From the NCBI GenBank assembly GCA_002399785.1, contig DHEH01000002.1, positions 33,265 to 97,264 of the forward strand: a stretch of DNA of 64,000 nucleotides. Reading direction: 5' to 3'. Below, one piece after another: positions 18,098 through 28,080 of the stretch. The DNA is from Bacillales bacterium UBA4855. Its GTDB lineage: Bacteria; Bacillota_I; Bacilli_A; RFN20; CAG-826. The stretch's first letter is position 1; every line of letters begins with the position of its first letter. Below the pieces are notes generated by a model. That model did no database searches. It saw only the letters and a list, made by a program, of their open reading frames with translations, and had not been told where the DNA came from. A program made the position numbers and the translations under genes.

Positions 18098-19209
18098 TTA
18101 TTCTCTTCCATAACCCTGTAATACTCATCAACTAGTTCAGTAGATACTAAAATAGACTGAGTTGTAATCTCTTTTAAAGATTGATTCATTTTTGTAACGA
18201 GGCTAAAAATAAGTTCGATTATCCATATCGCAACACCCATTAACCGTGGAATTACAAAAGCACTGATATTTAATATAGTATTAAACCCAACAGAAATCAA
18301 AGGAATAAATAACAAAATTCCTAGAACATGTGTTGAATTAAACAAACCCATAATACAAATCTTACCTTTTTTAAGGTATTTAAGTTTATTAAACGTTACG
18401 TGCTCTACTTTTAAAATCATTTCACCAATAGTTCTGCCTTTTTCATTACATAACGGAACAATAAAGAAAAGTGCAAGACAAGAAACAAAAAAGCATGCAT
18501 AAACATTTAAAACATAAGTATTATTCAATCGATTATCTTGTTCACTGACCAAAGACGAATATTCTAAAAAAGAATGAGGTAAATTAGGGGAAGATAAATC
18601 GTTAGTTTTGATATCACTAAGCACATATGAATATAAATTCAAAAAAATTGTTTCTTTAAAACTGTTATATGAGTTTTTGCCATCAGTATTCATCTCATCA
18701 CCTGCAGTAAATGCAGGCAAAAACATTTCCACAACAGAATCTTTGAAAGCATAAGTCCCTAAAGTAGTGAATTTTGTATTATCAAAATAAGCAGGAGCAA
18801 TCTTATAATAAATCTCGTTTACATAAGAGGCATCTTTACCTTTTAAAGCCACAAAATATTCGTAAATAACGTCATTTTTTTCATCGTCAGCAATTGTATA
18901 AAAAGAAATAAATTTTTCCGAACTATACGAGATTGATTCAGTTAATTTACCTTTTGAATTATCATCATAAAAAAGCACGTCATTATCATATAAAATCTCA
19001 GTTCTTTTAGAGGTGTATTCATTGCTTTGATTAACAATTTGGTTATAGACTCCACTTAACTTTGTAATAGGTAGAGTCACAAGTTCAAAAAGCAAAATTC
19101 CGGCTATTAAAGCTAAAGCCATATCCGCGAAAAAAACCAGAATTTTACGCGACATTTTTTCTGGATAAATCGAGAAATCAGTTACTTTTGTTGAGATATC
19201 TTCTTCCAT
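18073..19209 (-). CDS. RDD-family-like membrane protein (distant paralogue of 17087-18097)
   Basis: It reads MSRKILVFFADMALALIAGILLFELV ... GRTIGEMILKVEHV ... and has C-terminal TM helices. Its 3' end overlaps the next gene by 25 nt. Confidence 0.55.
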   Translation of the reverse strand: MEEDISTKVTDFSIYPEKMSRKILVFFADMALALIAGILLFELVTLPITKLSGVYNQIVNQSNEYTSKRTEILYDNDVLFYDDNSKGKLTESISYSSEKFISFYTIADDEKNDVIYEYFVALKGKDASYVNEIYYKIAPAYFDNTKFTTLGTYAFKDSVVEMFLPAFTAGDEMNTDGKNSYNSFKETIFLNLYSYVLSDIKTNDLSSPNLPHSFLEYSSLVSEQDNRLNNTYVLNVYACFFVSCLALFFIVPLCNEKGRTIGEMILKVEHVTFNKLKYLKKGKICIMGLFNSTHVLGILLFIPLISVGFNTILNISAFVIPRLMGVAIWIIELIFSLVTKMNQSLKEITTQSILVSTELVDEYYRVMEENKWKMKSTK

Positions 19210-19502
19210 ATTGAATGATATTATAAATAATTTAATCTACTATTCCTAATTTATTTTACAATTGATCAATTTTCTTCGATGAGACAAAGAAAATTACAAA
19301 TAACATAAAACTTTATTTTTCAAAATTGATAATCAAATATTAATCAAAAACATTAAATTATTACTGAATTTTTATAAAAATACCTATTATTCTACTAAAA
19401 ATAGTTTTTTGACTATTAAATGAAATCTTTTTCATTTATCATATCTTTAAAATCACAGCAATAAATAATGCTTATTGCCAATTAAAATAGGAGGTCTATT
19501 TA

Positions 19503-20735
19503 ATGACCAAAAAATACACCGAAGAGATAGAGGAGAACTTTACCCCTATCACCCTCAACGAAGAAGCCTCAAGATGTCTTCTTTGCCTTGATGCGCCTTG
19601 TTCAAAAGCTTGCCCTGCTGGAACAGATCCAGCAAAATTTATTCGTAGTGTTCGCTTTAAAAACATAAAAGGCGCTATCGAAACCGTTAGAGAAAACAAT
19701 ATTTTAGGAGGCATATGCGCTAGAGTGTGCCCTACAGAAAAATATTGCCAAAAAGGATGTTCTAGATCAGGAATAGATAAAGCAATCGATATCGGTAGAA
19801 TTCAAAAATACATCACTGATATGGAAGAAGAACTTCATATGAATGTTCTTGCTAAACCTATTAAAAATAAGAAAGAACATATTGCCATTATTGGAAGTGG
19901 TCCAAGTGGTTTAGCGGCAGCTGGCTATCTTTTACTCAAAGGTTACCACGTAGATATTTATGAAAAAGAAAAGGAATTGGGTGGGTATTTAAGGTATGGA
20001 ATACCTGAATATCGCTTACCAAATTCCGTTGTTGATAAAGAGGTAAATCGTATTGTTTCTTTAGGTGCTTGTGTCTACACTAACACCACTGTTGGAAAAG
20101 ATATTACACTTGAAGAACTTGAGAAAAAATACGATGCAGTCATCTTAGGAATTGGCTTAAACAAAGCTAAAACCCTTCCAATGTTCATGAATAATCCACA
20201 TGTTGTTTCCTCTATTTCTTTATTAAAAGAGATTAAAGAAAACAAGGGAAATATAAAAGTTCCAAATAATATCATTATTGTTGGAGGCGGAGACGTCGCC
20301 ATGGATATTGCAACAAGCCTTAAAATTTTAGGTTCTAAAAATGTTGCTTGTGTAGTTTATGAAGAATTTTCTGAATTTAAAGCCAGCGAAAAAGAATTAG
20401 AAGGTGCACGTAATTTAGATATTTCTATATATGATGGTTACATTCCTTTATCAGTAAATGATAACGAAGTTACTTTCAAACATAGAAAAATTGATAGCGA
20501 AATAAAAATGAAAGCAGATTTGATAGTATTAGCTATCGGACAAGAAGTAGATGCTACCAATATCGACGTTGAATTCGATAAAAACGAAGCTAAAACTTCA
20601 ACATACAATATCAAAGGAACGAACATTTTTGCTGTTGGAGACATAAGTCGAAACAAAGAAAAATCTGTCGTTGGAGCAGTTAGAACTGCAAAAGAAGTAG
20701 TTTTTGAAATAGCAAAATACTTGGAGGGTAAATAA
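19503..20735 (+). CDS. preT: NAD-dependent dihydropyrimidine dehydrogenase subunit PreT
   Basis: It is collinear with E. coli PreT/YeiT as I recall it: [52 protein letters not shown], and dinucleotide folds [15 protein letters not shown] and [19 protein letters not shown] lies upstream. Confidence 0.9.
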   Translation: MTKKYTEEIEENFTPITLNEEASRCLLCLDAPCSKACPAGTDPAKFIRSVRFKNIKGAIETVRENNILGGICARVCPTEKYCQKGCSRSGIDKAIDIGRIQKYITDMEEELHMNVLAKPIKNKKEHIAIIGSGPSGLAAAGYLLLKGYHVDIYEKEKELGGYLRYGIPEYRLPNSVVDKEVNRIVSLGACVYTNTTVGKDITLEELEKKYDAVILGIGLNKAKTLPMFMNNPHVVSSISLLKEIKENKGNIKVPNNIIIVGGGDVAMDIATSLKILGSKNVACVVYEEFSEFKASEKELEGARNLDISIYDGYIPLSVNDNEVTFKHRKIDSEIKMKADLIVLAIGQEVDATNIDVEFDKNEAKTSTYNIKGTNIFAVGDISRNKEKSVVGAVRTAKEVVFEIAKYLEGK

Positions 20736-20737
20736 TT

Positions 20738-21985
20738 ATGATTAACAAAGATATATCAATAGAATTCTTAGGTGTAAAATTTGAAAATCCATTTTGCTTA
20801 TCATCATCTCCAGTCGGAAATTGTTATGATATGTGTCGCAAAGCTTACTTAACTGGTTTTGGTGGAGTTGTTTTTAAAACCATCGGCCCAAAATCTTACT
20901 ATATTGATGAAGTTTCTCCTCGTTTTGATAAATTAGATAAAGAATCAACCACTTTTGTTGGTTTTAAAAATATGGAGCAAATTGCTGAACATCCTTTAGA
21001 AGAAAATTTGGAAGATATACGTAAATTAAAAGCAGAATTCCCTAATAAAGTTTTAATCGCTTCAATTATGGGTAATGATGAAGAAACACGGGAAGATTTA
21101 GCAAGAAAAGCTACCGAAGCAGGAGCTGATATTCTTGAATTGAATTTCTCTTGCCCTCAAATGACAAGTCACGCTATGGGAAGCGATGTCGGAACTTCTC
21201 CAGAATTATGTAAAAAATATTGTGAAGCCGTTAGACGTGGATCAAAACTCCCAATTCTTGCTAAAATGACTCCAAATATAACTGATATGGTACCTGTTGC
21301 CAAAGCTTCTCTTGAAGGTGGAGCTGACGGTATCGCCGCTATTAACACTATTAAATCTATTGCAAACTTAGATATAAATCGTTTTATCGGCATGCCAATC
21401 ATCGATGGAAAATCATCGATAAGTGGCTATAGTGGAAAAGCTGTAAAACCAATCGCATTGAGGTTTATTTCTCAATTACGCAATGATAAGGAATTGAAGA
21501 ATTTACCAATTTCAGGAATTGGCGGAATTGAGACGTGGATCGACGCAGTTGAATTTATTTTACTTGGTGCCTCCACTCTTCAAATGACTACAAGTGTTAT
21601 GCAATATGGTTATAGAATTGTTGAAGATATGAAGAATGGTTTGATGCATTATATGGAAGAAATGCATGTTGATCATCTTAAAGATTTAGTTGGAATTGCT
21701 AACAAAAACATCGTTCCAGCCGAGAATTTAAATAGAGATTACATTGTTTATCCTAAAATTGATCTCGATAAATGTGTTAAATGCGGTAGATGTGTGATTT
21801 CCTGTTATGATGGAGCTCACCAAGCAATGGAATGGGATGAAGAAAAACGCACTCCTCTTTGTAACGAAGATAAATGTGTTGGGTGTTTATTATGTTCACT
21901 TGTTTGTCCAGTTCATGCAATTAGCGAAGGAAAAATTGTTATCAAAAAAGGTAGAAAAACAAAGATCGAAGACATTAAACTTTAA
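20738..21985 (+). CDS. preA: NAD-dependent dihydropyrimidine dehydrogenase subunit PreA (DHOD-like TIM barrel plus 2x[4Fe-4S] ferredoxin tail)
   Basis: Long runs are near-identical to E. coli PreA as I recall it: [67 protein letters not shown] and CVKCGRC..CVGCLLC. It starts 3 nt after preT. Confidence 0.92.
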   Translation: MINKDISIEFLGVKFENPFCLSSSPVGNCYDMCRKAYLTGFGGVVFKTIGPKSYYIDEVSPRFDKLDKESTTFVGFKNMEQIAEHPLEENLEDIRKLKAEFPNKVLIASIMGNDEETREDLARKATEAGADILELNFSCPQMTSHAMGSDVGTSPELCKKYCEAVRRGSKLPILAKMTPNITDMVPVAKASLEGGADGIAAINTIKSIANLDINRFIGMPIIDGKSSISGYSGKAVKPIALRFISQLRNDKELKNLPISGIGGIETWIDAVEFILLGASTLQMTTSVMQYGYRIVEDMKNGLMHYMEEMHVDHLKDLVGIANKNIVPAENLNRDYIVYPKIDLDKCVKCGRCVISCYDGAHQAMEWDEEKRTPLCNEDKCVGCLLCSLVCPVHAISEGKIVIKKGRKTKIEDIKL

Positions 21986-22002
21986 TTTAATTCTTAACAA
22001 TA

Positions 22003-22449
22003 TTAATTCTTAATCGATGATTTTATTTGATAATACAAATCATCGATTTTTTTATTGCTTATTTCTCGAGGCAATTTATCAACCTCTTCATAAAATCTTT
22101 CTAAAGAATAATCTTTTTGATAATCAGGTTTACATTTATTGGAGATTATCAAAAACTTATAAGTAGAACAATCTATAGTAAAATCTTTAATTAACTTATT
22201 TGCATCTGTTTTAAAAGCATCAAAGATATCAATATCCCTTGCAAAGACCCCTTCTTTTGTTAAAAGTTCATCATTTTTAGTAAAAATCTTAAAAACAAAA
22301 AAACCATTAGGATTAATAATTACTAAATCGTAATGAACACCATCAAAAGTGAAATCTTCAATAATATTTTCCTTAAATTTAAAATAGTGATAAATTTTAT
22401 CAACTATCTTTTCTTTAGCGTTTCTAAAACCAAATAAACTTCTGCTCAT
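22003..22449 (-). CDS. Hypothetical protein (148 aa); weak NERD-like pattern
   Basis: It is in the ORF track and is tightly coupled to the upstream Nudix gene with a 1-nt gap. The stretch FDGVHYDLVIINPNGFFVFKIF loosely resembles the NERD core. There is no firm assignment. Confidence 0.55.
   Translation of the reverse strand: MSRSLFGFRNAKEKIVDKIYHYFKFKENIIEDFTFDGVHYDLVIINPNGFFVFKIFTKNDELLTKEGVFARDIDIFDAFKTDANKLIKDFTIDCSTYKFLIISNKCKPDYQKDYSLERFYEEVDKLPREISNKKIDDLYYQIKSSIKN
22013..22054 (+). terminator. Rho-independent terminator of preTA, embedded in the 3' end of the convergent gene
   Basis: An 11-bp stem ATCGATGATTT/AAATCATCGAT (22013-22023 with 22037-22047) has a 13-nt loop and is followed by a T7 run. 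Confidence 0.7.
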
Positions 22450-22450
22450 C

Positions 22451-22984
22451 TTATTTTATTTTCAATATATACTCAAACAACGCAGCTAAAGTTTTTCCAT
22501 CTTTAATTTTATTATCTTTAATCATTTCTTTTAATTCATCTAAAGTGACTTCCATCAAATTTAAGGCCTCGTTCTCATCTAAATGTTGCTCAGTTTTCAC
22601 TAAATCTTCTGCATAATACATATCAATTATTTCATCAGTATAAGCTGGCGATGGATAATATGTACCTAAAAATTCAACCTTATTTGGTCTATAACCAGTT
22701 TCTTCTTCAAGTTCTCTTTTTGCAGTTGTTAAAGTGGTTTCCCCTTCATCAGTTTTTCCTGCAGGAATTTCAAAAATAACCTCATCATAAGGATAACGAA
22801 ACTGTTTTTCTAAAATATATTTTCCGTTTGGTAATTTAGCTACTACACAAGCAGCTTTACAATGTCTAATAACTTCACGAGTAGATTCGTGACCATTTGG
22901 GCACAAAACATCATCAACAAACAAATTAACAATATGTCCTTTATAAATATTTTTAGAAGCTAATTTCTTTTCTTTTAAATCCAT
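22451..22984 (-). CDS. Nudix hydrolase, ADP-ribose pyrophosphatase-like
   Basis: The Nudix box reads GKTDEGETTLTTAKRELEEETGY. Length and context fit NudF/YqkG-type enzymes. SD AAGGAGAA lies upstream. Confidence 0.8.
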   Translation of the reverse strand: MDLKEKKLASKNIYKGHIVNLFVDDVLCPNGHESTREVIRHCKAACVVAKLPNGKYILEKQFRYPYDEVIFEIPAGKTDEGETTLTTAKRELEEETGYRPNKVEFLGTYYPSPAYTDEIIDMYYAEDLVKTEQHLDENEALNLMEVTLDELKEMIKDNKIKDGKTLAALFEYILKIK

Positions 22985-23021
22985 ATTTTTTCTCCTTTTC
23001 TATAAAAATAATGGGGATTGG

Positions 23022-23834
23022 CTATAGTTTTTGAATAATCTCGACATCACATGGCTTAAATTTAACAACGGAATTCTTTGGAATAGAACTAGTAATATAA
23101 ACACTACTTCCAATTGTTGAACCACTGCCAATTATTGTATCACCACCAAAAATAGAAGCGCCACTATAAATAGTAACATTGTCTTCAATTGTTGGATGTC
23201 TTTTAACACCCCTTAACTTATCGCAGTCTCTAAGTGATAAAGCACCTAATGTAACACCTTGATAGATCTTTACATTATTCCCGATTTCAGTAGTTTCACC
23301 AATGACAATTCCAGTACCATGATCAATAAAGAAATTTTTACCAATTTTTGCACCAGGATTAATATCGATTCCAGTACGAGAATGAGCATATTCGCTAATA
23401 ATTCTAGCAATAGATTCTAATCCATCAACATATAAAATATGAGCGATACGATAAGCAGAAATTGCGATAAATCCAGGATAGGATAAGACTACTTCGCTAA
23501 TACTTTTAGCAGCTGGATCTCCGTTATAAATGCATCTTACATCTTCATCTAATAAATCTTTTATTTCATCAATATGTGAGAAAAAATCTTCGACAATCAC
23601 ATCACTATTTTTAATATCACAATCACGTAAACCATCCAATAGATCGATTTTAGCATCAGTTAAAAGACGCTCAATATCACCAACACTTGGTTGTTTTTTA
23701 TAATGATTTAAAAATAGAGCCATTCTCACATCTTTATAAAATTCGATAACTTTACTACGATCAATATTTACAACAAAACATGTCGTTTCTTTATCAAATT
23801 TCTCTTTTATCTTCTTTGCTTGTTCACTATTCAT
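23022..23834 (-). CDS. cysE: Serine O-acetyltransferase
   Basis: A left-handed beta-helix hexapeptide region is present: [64 protein letters not shown]. It overlaps cysK by 8 nt. Confidence 0.88.
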   Translation of the reverse strand: MNSEQAKKIKEKFDKETTCFVVNIDRSKVIEFYKDVRMALFLNHYKKQPSVGDIERLLTDAKIDLLDGLRDCDIKNSDVIVEDFFSHIDEIKDLLDEDVRCIYNGDPAAKSISEVVLSYPGFIAISAYRIAHILYVDGLESIARIISEYAHSRTGIDINPGAKIGKNFFIDHGTGIVIGETTEIGNNVKIYQGVTLGALSLRDCDKLRGVKRHPTIEDNVTIYSGASIFGGDTIIGSGSTIGSSVYITSSIPKNSVVKFKPCDVEIIQKL

Positions 23835-24750
23835 ATAAACCTCCTACACTTAAGTATCTTTCTCCGTTATCAGGAAGAACGATAACAATATTTTTATTTT
23901 TATATTTCTCTGAATCTAATTGTAATAAACTTGCGACCTCAGCACCACTAGAAATTCCACATAATAATCCTTCTTTTTGTGCCAATAATCTTGTACATCT
24001 ATAACTATCTTCGTCAGTCACATCGAGAACTCTATTAACTACTTCATTATTATATAAACTTGGTAAAAAGTTAGCGCCAATCCCCTGTATTTTGTGTGCT
24101 CCAGCAATTCCTTTATTAACTAACGAACTTGAAAATGGTTCAACACCAATAATTTCAATGTTAGGCAAAACCTTCTTTAAACCAATTGCGGTACCAACTA
24201 AAGTTCCGCTTGTTCCAAAGGCCGAAATGAAAACGTCAACTTTATTATTCAAGTCTTTCAAGATCTCTTGACTAGTCGTTTCAATGTGAGCCTTAATATT
24301 ATTTTTATTATCAAATTGACCTGCTAAAAATGAATTTGAATGGGCCTTTAAATAGGTTTTTGCTTCTTGCACGCTTCCGTCCATTCCCAATTTAGCATCA
24401 GTTAATATAACTTCAGAACCATAAGCAACCATCATCAACCTTCTTTCTTTGCTCGCACTACTTGGCATAAAAATAACACACTTTAAACCTAAATAAGCAC
24501 ATATCATAGATAAAGAAATTCCAGTGTTCCCACTGGTTGCTTCAACAATAACAGAATCTTTATTAATTTCATTATTTACTAAAGCTTCTTTAATAATATA
24601 ATAGGCGGCTCTATCTTTGATTGAGCCACTAGGGTTACATCTTTCAAGTTTTGCGTAAACATTAAAAGAAAGACCTAATTCTTCTTTGATTCGGTCTAAT
24701 TTTATTAATGGAGTATCACCAATCACTTCTAATACATTTCTTTTTAACAT
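23827..24750 (-). CDS. cysK: Cysteine synthase A (O-acetylserine sulfhydrylase)
   Basis: The PLP-lysine motif is [11 protein letters not shown], with [11 protein letters not shown] and GTSGT also present. The ORF track starts at 24783, inside a terminator hairpin. ATG 24750 ([18 protein letters not shown]) matches the usual CysK N-terminus. Confidence 0.88.
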   Translation of the reverse strand: MLKRNVLEVIGDTPLIKLDRIKEELGLSFNVYAKLERCNPSGSIKDRAAYYIIKEALVNNEINKDSVIVEATSGNTGISLSMICAYLGLKCVIFMPSSASKERRLMMVAYGSEVILTDAKLGMDGSVQEAKTYLKAHSNSFLAGQFDNKNNIKAHIETTSQEILKDLNNKVDVFISAFGTSGTLVGTAIGLKKVLPNIEIIGVEPFSSSLVNKGIAGAHKIQGIGANFLPSLYNNEVVNRVLDVTDEDSYRCTRLLAQKEGLLCGISSGAEVASLLQLDSEKYKNKNIVIVLPDNGERYLSVGGLYE

Positions 24751-24790
24751 AATAAAAAACCTCTTGGTTTTATTATATACCAAGAGGTTT
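24751..24790 (-). terminator. Hairpin terminator after the endonuclease gene, abutting the cysK start
   Basis: An 11-bp stem AAACCTCTTGG/CCAAGAGGTTT (24757-24767 with 24780-24790) has a 12-nt AT loop. On the minus strand it is followed by a T-rich tract and, 5 nt later, ATG 24750. Confidence 0.65.
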
Positions 24791-24797
24791 TATTTTT

Positions 24798-25997
24798 TTA
24801 CATCAACGCACCAGGACCAGCGTAATCTTTACTATATATCATCTCGAGAAATTCTGGATGATCAATATATGGGTTTCTATTATGTTGATATTTTTGATCT
24901 ATTAAATTGTTGCGATTCATTTCAAAATCACTAACAGGATCAATTCCACTCATGCTCCAAGTGTATAAATCAATAAAATTACCATGTAAACCATTGTTGG
25001 CTGGAGTGTAATCATAAAAATTACTTGGTATCTTTCCGCTAACTTCAAGATCCTTTTCGTTTTCAGTTCCTTCATATCTAACTGCCATATAAAATATCAT
25101 TCTGGCAACATCACCCTTAAATTCATTCTTTGGTTCAAATAATTTAGTAGAAAGTGTCTTTCCGGTGCCAAGATAATTGCCTTTCATAGAAGCTCTGCCC
25201 CATTTGCTATTTAAACTGCAATCAGTAGCGTTAGAGTGGTCAGCAACATCACCAAAATCAAAATTACTTCTAGTACTATTTAATCCAGAATCACAAGGTC
25301 TTAAGTGATGCATGTCAGTTCCAGAAGGAATTGAAGTGCCAAAATTACCATGAGATTTAGCCCAAGTATGTTCTTTATTAAAACTAGTTCCTTTTGGTAA
25401 ACTGCCTTCATAAGTAATCACTAATTTACTTGAATCAAAAGGATCGATATCAGTAATGAGCATATAACTATTTAAAGAAGTATATCCATATCCTTTATGT
25501 CCCTTAATAATATCATGCAAGGCATCTTTAAGTGCTTTTCCCTTAAGTCCTTTACAAGGAGCATAATAAGAATCTAAAGTACCTTGACTGCCTCTAGATC
25601 CAGCGATCTTAGTATTATTTGATAAGGTTCCGTCAGGTACATCAACTGGATCGTCTCCACCAATATCCCCTGCAGATCCAGCTTTAAATATTACGTTTAT
25701 AAAATTATAACCTTTATTTACAGTGTATGTAAAATGAGTATCATCAACTTTAGTTGCGTCTTGATCATTAGCTGTTATTTTTTCAACAACATAGCCAGTA
25801 TTTGGTATTACGGTAATTTGTTCAACTTCTCCAGCAACCAAATCAGTTTGCTTGGTTTCTACGCTTCCAAAACCATTATCTGTAACAAAGACAAGGGTTT
25901 CTTTTTGACTAACATCACTCGAATTGCATCCTATCAAGGATAAACAAGAAAATGTTAATAATCCGGAAGCTAAAAATATAATAAATTTCTTTTTCAT
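24798..25997 (-). CDS. Lipoprotein nuclease: B-repeat-like module plus Endonuclease I family (PF04231-type) domain
   Basis: The lipobox is LIGC. Endonuclease-I motifs read DSYYAPCKGLKG..LKDALHDII, FNKEHTWAKS, MHHLRPCDSGLNSTRSN, FEPKNEFKGDVARMIFYMAVRY and HNRNPYIDHPEF. Confidence 0.85.
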   Translation of the reverse strand: MKKKFIIFLASGLLTFSCLSLIGCNSSDVSQKETLVFVTDNGFGSVETKQTDLVAGEVEQITVIPNTGYVVEKITANDQDATKVDDTHFTYTVNKGYNFINVIFKAGSAGDIGGDDPVDVPDGTLSNNTKIAGSRGSQGTLDSYYAPCKGLKGKALKDALHDIIKGHKGYGYTSLNSYMLITDIDPFDSSKLVITYEGSLPKGTSFNKEHTWAKSHGNFGTSIPSGTDMHHLRPCDSGLNSTRSNFDFGDVADHSNATDCSLNSKWGRASMKGNYLGTGKTLSTKLFEPKNEFKGDVARMIFYMAVRYEGTENEKDLEVSGKIPSNFYDYTPANNGLHGNFIDLYTWSMSGIDPVSDFEMNRNNLIDQKYQHNRNPYIDHPEFLEMIYSKDYAGPGALM

Positions 25998-25998
25998 A

Positions 25999-27978
25999 TT
26001 ATTTTACAAATGTTATTGTAGCTCCTTTTTCATCGATAGAATCAATTGAAATATTATAATCAAATGATGTTCCATCATTAAATTTTCCGCTTTTTAAAAA
26101 ATTGGAAATTGTTGTTTTATTAATAGCTGATCCAGCTTTAAATAAGCTGTTATTATCAGCATTTCGTTTGTTATAAATTATTCTATTTTGTGCATCAACA
26201 GTAGATAATAAATAATTTGATTTATTATAGGAACTAGATGCAGTATTAGAGAAAGCAAACGAATAATAAGAAGTTTGAGAACTTGGGATAGACGTTGCAC
26301 TTTCATTTAAAAATTTACCAGATTTTTTCCGTTCATCTGTAGTATTTGAATAAGCATTTTCCATTAATCTTGCATCAACATGAAATACACGAACACCGCT
26401 TTGAGAATAATATAAATTTCTTGTGGCGTATTTTGTATGAGAATCTAAATAATTAAGTCCTGTTGGAGTGTAATATTCAAAAATTAAATATTCCCCAAAA
26501 GCTGAATCATTAAAATAAGAACTAGGAACAATTAAACAATCGCCACTAGATTCAAATGGTTTTAAAGTAATCGAGCCAGAGTCTCCAGTTACTACAGTTG
26601 GTTCGACCCATCCGTAAGATAATTTTGAAAACGTATTATGTTCTCCAATATTCATATCCATCATATCCATTCCGCCAGTTGCAGAATAATTCACACTTGA
26701 ATCATATGAATAGTAATCTTCTAAACCGAACATATGTCCTGATTCATGAATTAATGTGTGTGAATCAAGTCCATAACTATTATCTTCGTAATTAAATGCA
26801 GCAGCCATATTAGCATAAGTAGAAACAGGAATATTTAATTCTTCGCTTCCTGGTCTTTCGTCATTATAAGCATAATACCAGTATGTATAAGCCCAGTAAG
26901 CATCAGAATCAACATTGTTTAAATCAAATTCATTATAGATAAACCATATACCATCAATTAAATTGTCATTATCGCTATCATACTGACTAATGTTGCTAGA
27001 AATTTTAACTCCATTAACCGCGATTTTACTATAAATTTCATCAATAAGAGTTAAGCTTTCGGTACCGTAATCGTCAGTTTTGCTTTTAAAAGTTTCACCA
27101 GTCATTTGCGGAATAACAGTATCAGTAACGACATAGTTAGGAGTTAAAGCTCCATAGCTTGATTTTTTATAAAAAGAAGCTAATGATTCCCAATAATCAG
27201 TTGTTCCATCCGCATTTGAACCATTTAAAGCATATCCTAAATTTTGTAATCTGGTAGCGGTCCGTTTTGAAGAAATATCACTAAATTGAACAGGCACAAC
27301 TAAAATATTTGGTGAACCAACTGATGGGGTATAATAGGTTTCACTCGCTACACCAAGATTAGTATTTGTAAAATTAAGTTTATCTTTAGTTAATTTTTCA
27401 GTTGAAGAAGTAGCGTCACCAATTGCTTTAAAACTACCAGTGACTCTATTTTCGCCACTTTTTAAAGTATAAGTGACCGAATTATTTTTAACATTATTTA
27501 CAATTGAGGTTCCATTAACAGCTAATGTGTAAATTTTATAACCTTCATTTGGTGTAATTGTTAATGTGGTAATATCATTAGCTTTTCCACTTGCTAAACT
27601 ACTAGTAACCACTCCATTTTCCATTGTATCAACAACAACTATTGCAGCAGTTGAAACAACACCAGCCTTAAATGTTCCAGTTACATTATTTTCTCCACCA
27701 ACTAATTTAAAGGTAACTTTATTATTGACAACATCATCAACAATTGAAGTTCCATTTACATTTAAAGTATATAAATAATATCCTTCGTTTGGTGTAACAG
27801 TTAAAGTAACGATATCAGCCACATTTCCACTAGCAATATCACTTGTAACTGTTCCGTTTGTCATTGTTTTAATGTTTACAGTTCCGGTCAATAAAACTTC
27901 TCCACTACTCACACATGAAGCTAAAGGTAATGCTAACCCACATGTCATAATCATTAGTATAGCTTTTATTTTTTTCAT
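25999..27978 (-). CDS. Lipoprotein metalloprotease, M6 (immune inhibitor A)-like, with two N-terminal B-repeat-like modules
   Basis: The lipobox is LASC. The zinc site reads HTLIHESGHMFGLEDYYSY, followed by GGMDMMD..GEHNTFSKLSYGWVEP. Two ~90-aa repeats follow the pattern G.V.S..ASG...DI.TLT.TPNEGY..YTL.VNGTSIV. Confidence 0.75.
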   Translation of the reverse strand: MKKIKAILMIMTCGLALPLASCVSSGEVLLTGTVNIKTMTNGTVTSDIASGNVADIVTLTVTPNEGYYLYTLNVNGTSIVDDVVNNKVTFKLVGGENNVTGTFKAGVVSTAAIVVVDTMENGVVTSSLASGKANDITTLTITPNEGYKIYTLAVNGTSIVNNVKNNSVTYTLKSGENRVTGSFKAIGDATSSTEKLTKDKLNFTNTNLGVASETYYTPSVGSPNILVVPVQFSDISSKRTATRLQNLGYALNGSNADGTTDYWESLASFYKKSSYGALTPNYVVTDTVIPQMTGETFKSKTDDYGTESLTLIDEIYSKIAVNGVKISSNISQYDSDNDNLIDGIWFIYNEFDLNNVDSDAYWAYTYWYYAYNDERPGSEELNIPVSTYANMAAAFNYEDNSYGLDSHTLIHESGHMFGLEDYYSYDSSVNYSATGGMDMMDMNIGEHNTFSKLSYGWVEPTVVTGDSGSITLKPFESSGDCLIVPSSYFNDSAFGEYLIFEYYTPTGLNYLDSHTKYATRNLYYSQSGVRVFHVDARLMENAYSNTTDERKKSGKFLNESATSIPSSQTSYYSFAFSNTASSSYNKSNYLLSTVDAQNRIIYNKRNADNNSLFKAGSAINKTTISNFLKSGKFNDGTSFDYNISIDSIDEKGATITFVK

Positions 27979-28035
27979 AAATATCTCCTAAAAAATATAT
28001 AAATAATTTATGCCAATATCTAATTCATTTTTGTT

Positions 28036-28080
28036 AATAAAAACGGCTTAATCAAACGCCATTAAGCGTTGATTGAGCCG
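28036..28080 (-). terminator. Rho-independent terminator of the 285-aa lipoprotein gene (5' arm inside the last codons)
   Basis: The minus strand reads GGCTCAATCAACGC-ttaatg-GCGTTTGATTAAGCC followed by GTTTTTATT. Confidence 0.65.

Noticed and set aside
19496-19714. A 72-aa minus-strand ORF overlapping the preT start.
   Set aside because: It is antisense to a highly conserved gene, has no RBS and has no recognisable features. It is a shadow ORF.
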